NCBI GenBank assembly: GCA_035603035.1
Contig: DATNLE010000379.1
Span: 11,172 to 75,171, forward strand
Source of the DNA: Candidatus Acidiferrales bacterium
GTDB lineage: Bacteria; Acidobacteriota; Terriglobia; Terriglobales; Acidobacteriaceae
Length of the DNA stretch: 64,000 nucleotides
Reading direction: 5' to 3'
The notes beneath the pieces were generated by a model. That model was not told the DNA's origin and searched no databases. It worked only from the letters and a program-made list of their open reading frames with translations. A program made the position numbers and the translations under genes. Positions 17,593-27,990 of this stretch are shown here, in pieces (the stretch's first letter is position 1; each line of letters begins with the position of its first letter).

Positions 17593-18867
17593 CTACGAAG
17601 CCTGAAACCACATGTGAATCAGCGTGGCTCCGCCCAGCGATGCCAGAAGGGCGGCCGGCATCGCCACCGCGCCGACTTTAAGAAAATCCCAGAAGCTTAC
17701 ACCAAGTTTTTCTCTACGCAGTGCGATCAGCCACAAGATAGTCGCCAGTGAGCCGGAGATTGACAGGTTCGGTCCCAAGTCGACGCCGATGAGAACGGCG
17801 TTTGCTATCAAACCTTTTGCGTGCGCGCTCTGAAGTGTGCTCCCGGCTATCAGCCCAAGCGGCAGATTATTGATCAGGTTGTTCGCGATACCGACGATAA
17901 ATCCAGTTATGAATGCGCCGGTAGTTGATCCGAACGTCTGGGCCCACGCTAGCCATTTCTGCGTGAACCGCAGCGCCCCGATACTCTCCATCGCATCCAC
18001 CATTACAAAAAGTCCGGCCACCAGCATTAGGGTTGACCAGCTGATCTTACGAGCGAGAGCGAGTGGATTGCATCGTGCCTTGATCGAGGCACCCGCGGTA
18101 ATCGCCAGCGCAGCCAGACATGTGGGCAATCCCAAATCTTTCCCCAATAATGACGCAGTTAACAGTACAGCTACCATGATCCCCAATCCACCTAGCACCA
18201 GCTTGCCGTTGCCCTCTAGTGCTTTCGCCTCCGCCTCTGATTCAATGGCCGCGCAGAGTGGCTCCCGGAAGATCCAGCGCAACACGATGAATGTCACGGC
18301 AACGGAGAGGAGACAGGGCACGGCGAAGGATAAGAGCCAACTGCCCAATGGCGGCATTTGATTGTGAAAGACAACCAGATTTGCGGGATTTGAAATCGGG
18401 AGAAGAAATGAAGCTGCATTCGCGTTGAAAGCGCAGACGAAAACATACGGCAAAGGCTCGACTTTGGCCTTACGCACCGCCGTTAGGATCGCTGGCGTCA
18501 GAACCACCGCCGTAGCGTCGTTTGACATGAAGATTGTGACGACCGTTCCAGCGGCGTAGACCAGCGCAAATAGCCTTGAGCAGGAGCCGTTGGCTCCGCG
18601 CACCGCAACTGAAGAAAGCCAGTCGAAGACTCCATGCTCGCGTGCCAGTTCAGAAAGCAACATCATGCCGATGAGAAATAGGCAGACGTCTACCGCTTTG
18701 GCGACAGCTCGACCCGCCAGTTGCGGTGGCACCAATTGGAGAACAAGTAGAAAGAGGACGCCACCACCAATCCAGTAAACCTCCGGGATATTGCGGGGAC
18801 GGATGAGCATCAGCACGATGCTGACGACGACGATGAGGGACAGCAGAAGATGCGCGTGCGATGTCAA
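17593..18867 (-). CDS. ArsB/NhaD-family anion permease
   Basis: 424 aa and polytopic. MSNDATAVVLTPA and NANAASFLLPISNPANLVVF are typical of ArsB/NhaD (citrate-transporter-like) permeases. Confidence 0.7.
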   Translation of the reverse strand: MTSHAHLLLSLIVVVSIVLMLIRPRNIPEVYWIGGGVLFLLVLQLVPPQLAGRAVAKAVDVCLFLIGMMLLSELAREHGVFDWLSSVAVRGANGSCSRLFALVYAAGTVVTIFMSNDATAVVLTPAILTAVRKAKVEPLPYVFVCAFNANAASFLLPISNPANLVVFHNQMPPLGSWLLSFAVPCLLSVAVTFIVLRWIFREPLCAAIESEAEAKALEGNGKLVLGGLGIMVAVLLTASLLGKDLGLPTCLAALAITAGASIKARCNPLALARKISWSTLMLVAGLFVMVDAMESIGALRFTQKWLAWAQTFGSTTGAFITGFIVGIANNLINNLPLGLIAGSTLQSAHAKGLIANAVLIGVDLGPNLSISGSLATILWLIALRREKLGVSFWDFLKVGAVAMPAALLASLGGATLIHMWFQAS

Positions 18868-18907
18868 CTAACGCTGGCTCCCATTCTTGTTCGGCGTAAG
18901 CGCGGCA

Positions 18908-20053
18908 TCATGGTCGATGTTGCGTCATCATTTCGCGACAGTGGCGCGCGATCTGTCGCTCTTCCTGTGTGGGGACAATCTGAACCTTGTCCGCGGTGAG
19001 CCCAAGTGATTCAAGGCCTTGGGTCGCGGAGGATCGAACGCGATCGCTGTGTTCTCCGATCCCGCCGGTGAAGACTAGCAAATCCACCCCGCCCAGCAAG
19101 GCTAGATACGCCCCGATTGTCTTGCGTACAGAAATGGCAAATACATCAAGGGCAAGTCGGGCTTTGGGATCATCGCAACGAGCGCGTTCTTCGAGCGCCT
19201 TAACATCGCCCTCGCCAGACGAAAGAGCGAAAAGGCCGCTCTCATGATTGAGCAGATCTTCTAGCTTGTCGGCTTCGAGCTTTTGGTTCCGCAGAAGATA
19301 GAGGATGACTCCCGGGTCCAGGTCGCCAGATCGTGTAGCCATGGGAATGCCGCCCGTGGGGGTGAGGCCCATCGTGGTGTCGATCGAGGCCCCGTTTTGC
19401 AGTGCACACAGACTCGAGCCATTCCCCAGGTGAGCGAAGATGGCTCGCTTGGGAAGCGTTGCCCCGAAATGATGCACCAGCGACTCGTAAGAAATACCGT
19501 GGAATCCGTAACGGCGAATGCCGGCGTCAAAGTAGCGCTGCGGGAGGGCAAAGCGGCATGCAGTCTCCGGCATCGTTTGATGAAAAGCGTCGTCGAAGCA
19601 GGCATACTGCGCGGCCGAAGGAAAGATCGACTGCGCGGCGGCGATGAGCGACAGGGCCTGCGGAATATGCAATGGAGCAAAGTGGGTTGCGGAGCGGAGC
19701 TCGTCCAGAACTTGTGGTGTGATGATTTGGTGTCTGCGAAGGTTGGGGCCGCCGTGCACCACGCGATGGCCGACAGCCAACGGCATGTTGTCGATATGTT
19801 CTCGTATCGCTGCAGCGAGAGCGTTCAGGGCTTCGCTCTGCGATTCGTGAATACACTCGCGCTGCGCAAGGGACGTGCCATCGGAGGAACGAATGTTTAA
19901 CGATCCATCGTCTCGTCCGACACCTTCCGCACTCCCAGTCAGCATCGGCTCTTCGTCAGTTTCGCCGGGACGGTAGATGCCGAACTTCAGCGAAGACGAC
20001 CCGCTGTTGAGTACCAGAATGAGACCGTCTTTCTTTGCCAGCTTGTTCGCCAT
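18908..20053 (-). CDS. ackA: Acetate kinase
   Basis: It has the LVLNSGSSSLKF phosphate-1 motif, HRVVHGG, RYGFHGISY and FTGGIGE. The start directly abuts the xfp stop. Confidence 0.9.
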   Translation of the reverse strand: MANKLAKKDGLILVLNSGSSSLKFGIYRPGETDEEPMLTGSAEGVGRDDGSLNIRSSDGTSLAQRECIHESQSEALNALAAAIREHIDNMPLAVGHRVVHGGPNLRRHQIITPQVLDELRSATHFAPLHIPQALSLIAAAQSIFPSAAQYACFDDAFHQTMPETACRFALPQRYFDAGIRRYGFHGISYESLVHHFGATLPKRAIFAHLGNGSSLCALQNGASIDTTMGLTPTGGIPMATRSGDLDPGVILYLLRNQKLEADKLEDLLNHESGLFALSSGEGDVKALEERARCDDPKARLALDVFAISVRKTIGAYLALLGGVDLLVFTGGIGEHSDRVRSSATQGLESLGLTADKVQIVPTQEERQIARHCREMMTQHRP

Positions 20054-22435
20054 CTATCCCGGCCACTTCCAGTTTCGAATTTCTTCCTTATCGATGCCTT
20101 CCGCGTGAGCGTAGTTAACACTCTCGATGATTTGACCCTTCAGCCATTCCTTCACGTGTGCCCCAACGGAACGCAGTCGCGGAACTCGGTCGATGACATC
20201 AATCGCCAAATCGAAGCGGTCGATCTGGTTAATAATCGCAAGCTCCAGGGGAGTATTTATGTTCCCCTTTTCTTTGTATCCGCGCACATGAATGTTGTCA
20301 TGGTTGTTTCGCCGGTAACTGAGTTTATGAATGAGCGAGGCATAGGAATGGAAGTTGAAGATGACGGGCTTGTCAGGGGTGAAAAGCGAATCGAAATCGC
20401 GGTCGGAGAGTCCGTGGGGATGCTCGGTCGCCGGCAGGAGGCGGAAAAGATCCACAACATTCACAAATCGAATCTTCAAATCGTGGAAGTGTTCCTTCAG
20501 AATTGCGACCGCCGCAAGAGATTCCATGGTTGCAATATCGCCGGCGCAGGCCATCACCACATCGGGATCCTCACCATCATCGGTGGATGCCCAGTCCCAG
20601 ATGCCGATTCCCTTGGTGCAATGGGTTACGGCATCCGCCATGGTCAGGTACTGAAGGTGTTCCTGCTTGTCCGCGACTATGACATTGACGTAATCGCGGG
20701 ACCTGAGGCAATGATCGGTGACGCTAAGCAGGCAGTTTGCATCCGGCGGCAAGTAAATGCGCACCACGTCGGGGCTTTTGTTGGTGACCACGTCAAGAAA
20801 TCCCGGATCCTGGTGCGTAAATCCGTTGTGATCCTGCCGCCACACCAAAGAAGTGATGAGAAGGTTGATAGACGGCACGGGGGCACGCCAGGAAAGCTCA
20901 TTCTTCGACTTCTCCAGCCATTTCGCGTGCTGGTTGAACATGGAATCGATAATATGGATGAAGGCTTCGTAACTGGAGAAGAAACCGTGTCGGCCCGTGA
21001 GAACATACCCCTCGAACCAGCCTTCGAGCGTGTGCTCGCTGAGCATCTCCATGACGCGTCCGGAGACGTCGAGCTCGCCACCGTCGGCGTCTTCGGGCTT
21101 GTATTCAGCGAGCCAGGTTTTCTTGGAAGCGGCATAGATGGCTGTGAGCTTGTTGGATGCGGTCTCGTCTGGGCCAAAAACGCGGAAGGAGTTCATGTTA
21201 CGACGCATCACTTCAGCCAGAAAGTGTCCCAGCACTTCAGTCGGCGAAGAATAGGTCGCACCCGGCGCCTTTACCTCCAGGGCATAATCGCGAAAGTCCG
21301 GAAGTGCGAGTTCTTTACGAAGCAGGCCGCCATTTGCATGCGGGTTGGCCGAGATGCGACGCGGCCCCGAAGGTGCAAGTTCCTGTAGTTCTGGTATAAG
21401 AGTTCCGTTGGCATCGAAGAGCTCTTCCGGTTTGTAGCTTCGCAACCATTCTTCCAGCAGCGTCAGATGTTTCTTATTCGCAGCCGGATCGGCTAGGGGG
21501 ACTTGGTGAGCCCGCCACGAGCCTTCTACCTTGTGTCCGTCTACTTCCTTCGGACCTGTCCATCCCTTCGGGGAACGCAGAACGATCATGGGCCAGCGCG
21601 GGCGAGTCACATCTCCGGTTGTGCGGGCGCGCTGCTGAATCGACCGAATCTCCAGGATGCATTGCTCCAGTGTGGAAGCCAGTTTCTGATGCATCGCAGA
21701 CGGATCTTCCCCTTCTACGAAGTAAGGTTTATGGCCGTATCCCGTCAACAGCGCTTCTAATTCTTCATGTGGAATGCGCGCCAGGATCGTAGGATTCGCG
21801 ATCTTGTAACCGTTGAGGTGAAGCACCGGCAGGACGGCTCCGTCGCGAATCGGATTTAGAAATTTGTTCGAATGCCAGGAGGTCGCGAGCGGACCGGTCT
21901 CCGCCTCGCCATCGCCCACGGCGACGGCGACCATGAGATCGGGATTATCGAACGCCGCTCCATAAGCATGCGAGATGGAGTAGCCAAGCTCGCCGCCTTC
22001 GTGAATAGAACCAGGCGTTTCTGGGGTGCAGTGCGATCCGATTCCTCCGGGAAAAGAGAACTGCCGGAAAAACTTGAGCAAGCCCGCTTCGTCGCAACTC
22101 TTGTCGGGATAGATCTCGGAGTAGTGGCCTTCGAGATAGCAATTGGCAAGTGTGGCGGGCGCGCCATGACCGGGGCCGGAGAGGTAGATAACATTCAGGT
22201 CGTATTTTCGGATGAGCCGGTTCAGATGAACCCAAATCAGAGATTGGCCGGGATCGGATCCCCAGTGACCAAGAAGCCGATTCTTGATGTGTTCCCGCTT
22301 CAGCGGTTCACGCAAAAGAGGATTCGCGCGAAGATAGATCATGCCTGCCGACAGATAATTGCAAGCTCGCCAGTAGGCATGAATCTTCCGCAGTTCTTCG
22401 GGCGGAAGGGGGGTTGCTTCATTCGTAACAGCCAT
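20054..22435 (-). CDS. xfp: Xylulose-5-phosphate/fructose-6-phosphate phosphoketolase
   Basis: 793 aa. It contains the characteristic [19 protein letters not shown] and GDGEAETGP (ThDP-binding) motifs. Confidence 0.95.
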   Translation of the reverse strand: MAVTNEATPLPPEELRKIHAYWRACNYLSAGMIYLRANPLLREPLKREHIKNRLLGHWGSDPGQSLIWVHLNRLIRKYDLNVIYLSGPGHGAPATLANCYLEGHYSEIYPDKSCDEAGLLKFFRQFSFPGGIGSHCTPETPGSIHEGGELGYSISHAYGAAFDNPDLMVAVAVGDGEAETGPLATSWHSNKFLNPIRDGAVLPVLHLNGYKIANPTILARIPHEELEALLTGYGHKPYFVEGEDPSAMHQKLASTLEQCILEIRSIQQRARTTGDVTRPRWPMIVLRSPKGWTGPKEVDGHKVEGSWRAHQVPLADPAANKKHLTLLEEWLRSYKPEELFDANGTLIPELQELAPSGPRRISANPHANGGLLRKELALPDFRDYALEVKAPGATYSSPTEVLGHFLAEVMRRNMNSFRVFGPDETASNKLTAIYAASKKTWLAEYKPEDADGGELDVSGRVMEMLSEHTLEGWFEGYVLTGRHGFFSSYEAFIHIIDSMFNQHAKWLEKSKNELSWRAPVPSINLLITSLVWRQDHNGFTHQDPGFLDVVTNKSPDVVRIYLPPDANCLLSVTDHCLRSRDYVNVIVADKQEHLQYLTMADAVTHCTKGIGIWDWASTDDGEDPDVVMACAGDIATMESLAAVAILKEHFHDLKIRFVNVVDLFRLLPATEHPHGLSDRDFDSLFTPDKPVIFNFHSYASLIHKLSYRRNNHDNIHVRGYKEKGNINTPLELAIINQIDRFDLAIDVIDRVPRLRSVGAHVKEWLKGQIIESVNYAHAEGIDKEEIRNWKWPG

Positions 22436-22675
22436 CAGATATTCTCCGACAAGATCAGGTTCGGCCCCCGCAGCAATATTCTAACCCTACAGCCTCGACT
22501 CATCTGATGCGCAAGGTTGAGTCTTCGATTTATTAACAGATCGTTACTCGTCCACAGGGAGAGCGCGGATATGTTGGGGAGTGCGGGCGGTCTGTCAGAG
22601 TTGACTCGCACATCGCGGCGAGAAGTCGTTCGACCAATTTCCATTTCGGCTGGCAAGCGCGAAGATACGGGACAG

Positions 22676-24445
22676 CTATTTCACGAACGTCAGCCCATGC
22701 GGCACCGCCCAGCGGAAAACATAAGCGTAAAGCAGCACGATGATTCCTACGATGGAGCAAAGTGCCACTGAGTGCCACGCGACATAACGGAAAATGATCC
22801 CTTCGTTGCCAACCTGCTCGGTAGCTGCCGTCGCGATCGTGATGGACTGCGCATCCACCATCTTTCCCATCACTCCGCCCGCGCTGTTGGCCGCGCACAT
22901 GAGGATGGGGTCGATGCCGAGTTGCTGAGAAGTGATTCGCTGCAGGCTGCCAAAGAGCGCGTTCGCGGAGGTGTCACTGCCGGTTAGCGCAACGCCCAGC
23001 CATCCCAGGAACGTGCCGAAAAATGGATACATCCATCCGGTGCGCGTGAACGCCAGACCTAACACGGCATCCAGTCCCGAGTAACGAGTCACATAGCCCA
23101 GTCCCAACATGAATGAGATCGCGACCATGGCAAGCCGCATTCGCACCAGAGTTCGCCAAAAGATCTTCATTAACTGAACCGGGCCCAATCCCAGAAATAG
23201 TCCCGACACAATCGCGGCAAAGAAACATCCCGTGCCGGTGGCGGAGAGCCAGTTGAAATCGTAACGCGCCGCCTCGGGTGTCGGCTTCGTAACGATGGGG
23301 GCCGCGCGCGAGATGGCGTTGTGCAGGTATGGTACCTCCCATCCCGGCGGACCGGACCGAACTTTACCATTCGCCAGGACCACCCGAAACGCCGGCGTGG
23401 TGGCCAGGTTCATGGCTAGTTTTATCTTCGGCAGTCCCCAGAGCAGGACAAAGAGCGAGAGGATCGCGAAAGGCATCCAGGCCTTCAATACCTGTCCGGC
23501 GCTGTAGGTGCGCGCCGTGACAAGTCCATCGAATTTCTCCGCTGTCCATTCGCCGCCCACGTCGTCGCTAATCTTCCCCGTCGCAACCGCAGGCGCCCCT
23601 GCTTTGTCGTCATAATCGAATCGCCAAATTTTCTTCGGCTTCCAGAATCGGAGGAAGGCCAGGACTGCGACCAGCGAGACCACGCCTCCCATAATGTCCA
23701 CCAGGTTGCTGTCTACGTAATTCGACCAGAAGAATTGAGTAAGAGCGAAAGAAATGCCAACTACAGCGATGGCGGGAAATACTTCGAAGGTCTCCCTCCA
23801 ACTGACCATGGTTTTCACCAGCCAGAAGGGAACGATGATCGCGGTGAAGGGAAGTATGCGTCCGATCATGGCGTTGAGATCGGATTCTGGCAGCGTCGTT
23901 ACCGCCGCGAGCGTGTGAACCGGAGTACCGATCGCTCCCCAAGCCACCGGTGCGGTGTTAGCGATCAGATTTAATGCAGCGGCATGAAAGGGCTTGAATC
24001 CCAGCCCGATCATGAATGCGCCCGCGATCGCCACTGGTGCGCCGAAGCCCGCCGCGCCCTCGATAAATGCGCCAAAACAAAACGCCACCAAGAGCACTTG
24101 CAGCCGGCGGTCAGCCGTGATTCCGGCCACTGACTCCTTCATGATTTCAAACTGTCCGGTCTCGACCGAGATGTCGTAGAGATACACCGCGGCCAGAACG
24201 ATCCAAGCGATTTTCAAAACCCCAAAGGCCACGCCATAGCCAAAGCTGAGGCCTGCCAGCACGGGAGGCATCCTGAAAAAGAAAATTGCAACCGCCACCG
24301 CCGTTGTCGCACCGGCGATTGCGCACCAGTGCGGCTTTACTCTAAGACCGGCGAGGAGCCCGAGAAGAACAATGATGGGAAGAGCCGCCACCAGCGTGGA
24401 GAGCCACCAATGGCCGAGTGGATCGTAGATCTGAGTCCACTGCAT
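22676..24445 (-). CDS. lctP: L-lactate permease (LctP family)
   Basis: 589 aa and polytopic. The N-terminus MQWTQIYDPLGHWWLSTLVAALPIIVLL and overall pattern are typical of LctP/GlcA permeases. Confidence 0.85.
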   Translation of the reverse strand: MQWTQIYDPLGHWWLSTLVAALPIIVLLGLLAGLRVKPHWCAIAGATTAVAVAIFFFRMPPVLAGLSFGYGVAFGVLKIAWIVLAAVYLYDISVETGQFEIMKESVAGITADRRLQVLLVAFCFGAFIEGAAGFGAPVAIAGAFMIGLGFKPFHAAALNLIANTAPVAWGAIGTPVHTLAAVTTLPESDLNAMIGRILPFTAIIVPFWLVKTMVSWRETFEVFPAIAVVGISFALTQFFWSNYVDSNLVDIMGGVVSLVAVLAFLRFWKPKKIWRFDYDDKAGAPAVATGKISDDVGGEWTAEKFDGLVTARTYSAGQVLKAWMPFAILSLFVLLWGLPKIKLAMNLATTPAFRVVLANGKVRSGPPGWEVPYLHNAISRAAPIVTKPTPEAARYDFNWLSATGTGCFFAAIVSGLFLGLGPVQLMKIFWRTLVRMRLAMVAISFMLGLGYVTRYSGLDAVLGLAFTRTGWMYPFFGTFLGWLGVALTGSDTSANALFGSLQRITSQQLGIDPILMCAANSAGGVMGKMVDAQSITIATAATEQVGNEGIIFRYVAWHSVALCSIVGIIVLLYAYVFRWAVPHGLTFVK

Positions 24446-24522
24446 TCACAACCTCCTGGCGAATGGAGTTTGCCGCGCAACAGAAATCAAACACGCGAAA
24501 GGGAACTTTTTCACAACCGCAA

Positions 24523-25710
24523 TCAGTTTTCCCAGCTCTTCGGAACATTCACGTAAGAGTGATCCAGTTGAGCGACCGATGGGCAACCGAGCAAGCGCAA
24601 TGTGCGATCCAGATCAACCCGCAGGATCTCGATGGCGCGGTCGACGCCAGCTTCACCGGCGGCTGCTAAACCATAGGCGTAAGCGCGGCCGCACAGCACG
24701 GCGCGCGCTCCCATGCAGAGAGCTTTGGCGATGTCAGTTCCACGGCGGATGCCGCCATCCATCAATACTTCGATTCGGTCCTGCACCGCTTCCACCACTT
24801 CCGGCAAGGCTCGCAGAGAAGCTGGCACGCCATCGAGCTGCCGGCCGCCATGATTCGAAACTGAAATCGCCGCGGCTCCTTCATCCATCGAGCGGCGCGC
24901 ATCGTCGGCTGTCAGCACACCCTTGACGATAATCGGTCCCTTCCAAACTTCTCGGATCCAACTCAGGTCAGCCCACGTCACCGCGGACTCCGCCAGAGCC
25001 GCAGCCACATCAATCAGCGGCAACGGTCCCTTTCCCGGCACAATGACATTAGGAAGTCCAGGCAGACCGCCATCCAGGAAGTAATCGACGAGCCAGCCTG
25101 GACGCGAGAGAATCTGCGGAAGAAATGGGATCTTCTCGAATGGCCCGCCGCTGATCAGTTCCCTCATTCCATTGCGATAGTCGCGCTCGCGGATTCCGGA
25201 AACTGGCGTGTCTATGGTGACGACGAGTGCGTTGAACCCCGCAACCCGTGCTCGCTCAATCGCAGCCTCGGCAGCGCCACGGCCGCCCATGAGATAGAGC
25301 TGATAAAAAACCGGGCCAGTGGAAGCAGCTCTCACGTCTTCCAGCCTGTGCCCGGAAATCGTCGAGAGAATATAGCCGGCGCCCGCCTTGCCCGCGGCGT
25401 GCGCGGCCGCCACTTCCCCCCCGGGGTGCATGAGGCGGCTGTACCCGACGGGTGCGAGCAAGAATGGAAGAGAAAGATCGAAGCCCAGAACACGCGTTGA
25501 CAGGCTGCAGTTCGCGAGGGCGACAGCGTGTCGCGGCCGAAACGTAACATCGTTGAATATGCGGCAATTCTCACGCAGGGTGACTTCGCCCTCGGCGCCG
25601 CCATCGAGATAATCAAAAACCGGCTTCGGCACCCTGTGCCGAGCGATGGGGCGGAAGTCATCGATGCTGACAACTCGTGGCGACGCGACAGCCCGCGAAG
25701 ATCTCGTCAT
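24523..25710 (-). CDS. FMN-dependent alpha-hydroxy-acid (L-lactate) oxidase/dehydrogenase
   Basis: The internal ATG 25710 is preferred over 25806. VFDYLDGGAEGE, VVTIDTPV and SNHGGRQLD are hallmarks of the FMN-dependent dehydrogenase family. Confidence 0.85.
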   Translation of the reverse strand: MTRSSRAVASPRVVSIDDFRPIARHRVPKPVFDYLDGGAEGEVTLRENCRIFNDVTFRPRHAVALANCSLSTRVLGFDLSLPFLLAPVGYSRLMHPGGEVAAAHAAGKAGAGYILSTISGHRLEDVRAASTGPVFYQLYLMGGRGAAEAAIERARVAGFNALVVTIDTPVSGIRERDYRNGMRELISGGPFEKIPFLPQILSRPGWLVDYFLDGGLPGLPNVIVPGKGPLPLIDVAAALAESAVTWADLSWIREVWKGPIIVKGVLTADDARRSMDEGAAAISVSNHGGRQLDGVPASLRALPEVVEAVQDRIEVLMDGGIRRGTDIAKALCMGARAVLCGRAYAYGLAAAGEAGVDRAIEILRVDLDRTLRLLGCPSVAQLDHSYVNVPKSWEN

Positions 25711-25830
25711 GGCAAGGTCATTGTCCGAAATGATGAAGCAGGCGGCTATCCTACCACCTGCAGAAACCGTCAGGAGACGAAATTTTCCCGGCGGCAATCC
25801 TGCCACCGCGGAAGCCTGTCGGAGAGCGCA

Positions 25831-27990
25831 TCAGGAGACAATTGTGACAATTTCGAGCGGGCTATGCGTCTGGCCTTTATGGACCAAAACCGAGTTATCC
25901 CTTCTTTCAAGAAACAAGTCAACGCTTATGCCCCCGCACTGGAGATCCTTGATGGCGAGGGTGGGAATTCCCTCCGGCAGATAGGGATCATCGAACACGA
26001 TGCGCTTGCGTTCTGCCTCGATGGAAATGCCGAGACACGCCTGCAGAATTAAGAATGGAGCAGCGGCTGCCCAGGCCTGGGGCGAGCACGCGACCGGATA
26101 AAGCGTGGGACCTTCTCCCGGTCGGCGATCGATGCCGCAGAAAAGTTCCGGCAGGCGGTGCAAGTCGACCATGCTGCTCAAATCAAGCAAACCCATAAAT
26201 ATTCGGCCGGCGAGTTCCTTGTGACCATACTTCGCCAGGCCGCTGGCAATGAGGGAATTGTCATGTGGCCATATCGATCCGTTGTGATATGAAAGCGGAT
26301 TGTAACGCACCTCGCTCGAGGCTACTGTTCGTACGCCCCAACCGCTGAATGACTCCGGTTGAAACAGGGTTTCCGCAACCCGCCGCGCGCGCTCCGGGGA
26401 CGCAATCCCCGTGTAAAGACAATGGCCCGCGTTTGATGTGCGGACACGGCAAGGGCGCTTCCGACCATCCAGTGCCAGCGCATAAGTAGAAAGCTCTTCA
26501 CACCAGAATTGTTCTTCGAAACGCGCGCGGAGATTCTCCGCCTCGAGCTCCAGCGTGGCCGCCTTCTGGGAGCCGCCGGCAAAACGGCACAAATATGCAG
26601 CGGCTAATTTCGCGGCATAAACGTAACCTTGCACTTCGCAGAGCGCGATTGGAGCAGTAGCGATGGCACCGTCTGCCTGGAAAATTGAATCGTTCGAATC
26701 CTTCCAACCCTGCTGTACCAGCCCTTTTGTCGAGCGTTGCTCATATTCTACAAAGCCGTCGCCGTCGATATCCCCGAACTCGTCAATCCAGTTCAATGCG
26801 CGTTCAAGGTGTGGCCACAAAAGCTGTATGAACCTGGAATCCGCGGTGCGTTCGTAATAAGCGCGCGCCAGGATAATAAAAAGCGGCGTCGCATCTACGC
26901 TGCCGTAGTACTTGCCGAACGGCACTTCGCCCAAGGCCGCCATTTCGCCGCAACGCATTTCGTGCAGAATTTTTCCTGGTTCCGCCTCAATTGTGACATC
27001 CAGTTTGTCGGCCTGACTCAAGGCCAAACATTCCAGAACACCTCTTGCCATTCCCGGATTGAGCCAAAGCGTTTGCAGAGCCGTGATAATCCCGTCCCTG
27101 CCGAAAACCGTGCCAAACCATGGCACGCCGGCATAGGGGTAGTCTTGTTCTGGATTTCCAACCATCATCATCTGCACATCGGAGATGGAACGGTTGATCC
27201 AATCGTTGAAACGTGAATTTGAACCGTACATCCGCGGAAAGGATTTGCCCACTCGTTCGAGTTCCTGCTGCGCAACATGCTTGGCTTGGGAATGGCTCGT
27301 AGTGTGCGGCAGGGGATCGGAGTCGCACGATATCGACAAACGAAAGCTGACTCTTTCTTTGGGGCGAAGGCGGACTTCATAGTCCAGTGCTTGCGCGCTT
27401 GCCTGGTGGGGCGTCGCCTCCCATTGAATGCGGGTCCGCCGCACAACATGGTCCAGTCCTTCATACGACAACAGAATCGATTTGTCTTCTACTTCCGCTG
27501 GCAGGAGCCTGCCTCTCTGCAGTCTGTGCATCCCCCGCACTTCGAAAATATCGGAGAAGTCTGCCCCGAAGGTCGTGCGAAAGGGAACGAGAAGTTCGGA
27601 GAGGCCATGATTGACAAACTCGATCTCCTCGTAGCAAGTGTTGCTCCACAAAAATCTTGAGCGCAGAACATGCAGCGTTCCCCGCGGAACTACTACTTCA
27701 TCGTTGCGCGAAACGTCGAGGTTCGCCAGGTCGCCTGCAAAAAGAAAATTGCTGCTCTCTACGGTTGAACTCAGCAGCAAGGGCCGCGTGCCCCACAGAA
27801 GCAGCACGAGTTCGGACAAGTGCCGGGTGTCTTCAAAGAAGAGTCCCTGCTCCCCCATGCCCGTGGTCCGGACGTCGCCGAGACGGTCGAAGACAAAAAA
27901 CGTTCTCCCGTATTTGAGAACTCGTGCGCGATCGTCGACTGGCGATTGAGAAGTCGCTATGTAGTACTGTTGGGTGCCAGGTCCGTCCAA
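25831..27990 (-). CDS. Amylo-alpha-1,6-glucosidase / glycogen-debranching-enzyme-like protein (bacterial-archaeal type)
   Basis: 719 aa. The N-terminal YYIATS...RVLKYGRTFFVFDRLGD (GDE_N-like) and a C-terminal (alpha/alpha)6-type region (NGSIWPHDN) are present. Confidence 0.75.
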   Translation of the reverse strand: MDGPGTQQYYIATSQSPVDDRARVLKYGRTFFVFDRLGDVRTTGMGEQGLFFEDTRHLSELVLLLWGTRPLLLSSTVESSNFLFAGDLANLDVSRNDEVVVPRGTLHVLRSRFLWSNTCYEEIEFVNHGLSELLVPFRTTFGADFSDIFEVRGMHRLQRGRLLPAEVEDKSILLSYEGLDHVVRRTRIQWEATPHQASAQALDYEVRLRPKERVSFRLSISCDSDPLPHTTSHSQAKHVAQQELERVGKSFPRMYGSNSRFNDWINRSISDVQMMMVGNPEQDYPYAGVPWFGTVFGRDGIITALQTLWLNPGMARGVLECLALSQADKLDVTIEAEPGKILHEMRCGEMAALGEVPFGKYYGSVDATPLFIILARAYYERTADSRFIQLLWPHLERALNWIDEFGDIDGDGFVEYEQRSTKGLVQQGWKDSNDSIFQADGAIATAPIALCEVQGYVYAAKLAAAYLCRFAGGSQKAATLELEAENLRARFEEQFWCEELSTYALALDGRKRPCRVRTSNAGHCLYTGIASPERARRVAETLFQPESFSGWGVRTVASSEVRYNPLSYHNGSIWPHDNSLIASGLAKYGHKELAGRIFMGLLDLSSMVDLHRLPELFCGIDRRPGEGPTLYPVACSPQAWAAAAPFLILQACLGISIEAERKRIVFDDPYLPEGIPTLAIKDLQCGGISVDLFLERRDNSVLVHKGQTHSPLEIVTIVS

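Noticed and set aside
20105-21388. 427-aa plus-strand ORF
   Set aside because: It lies entirely antisense to the phosphoketolase gene, whose identity is unambiguous.
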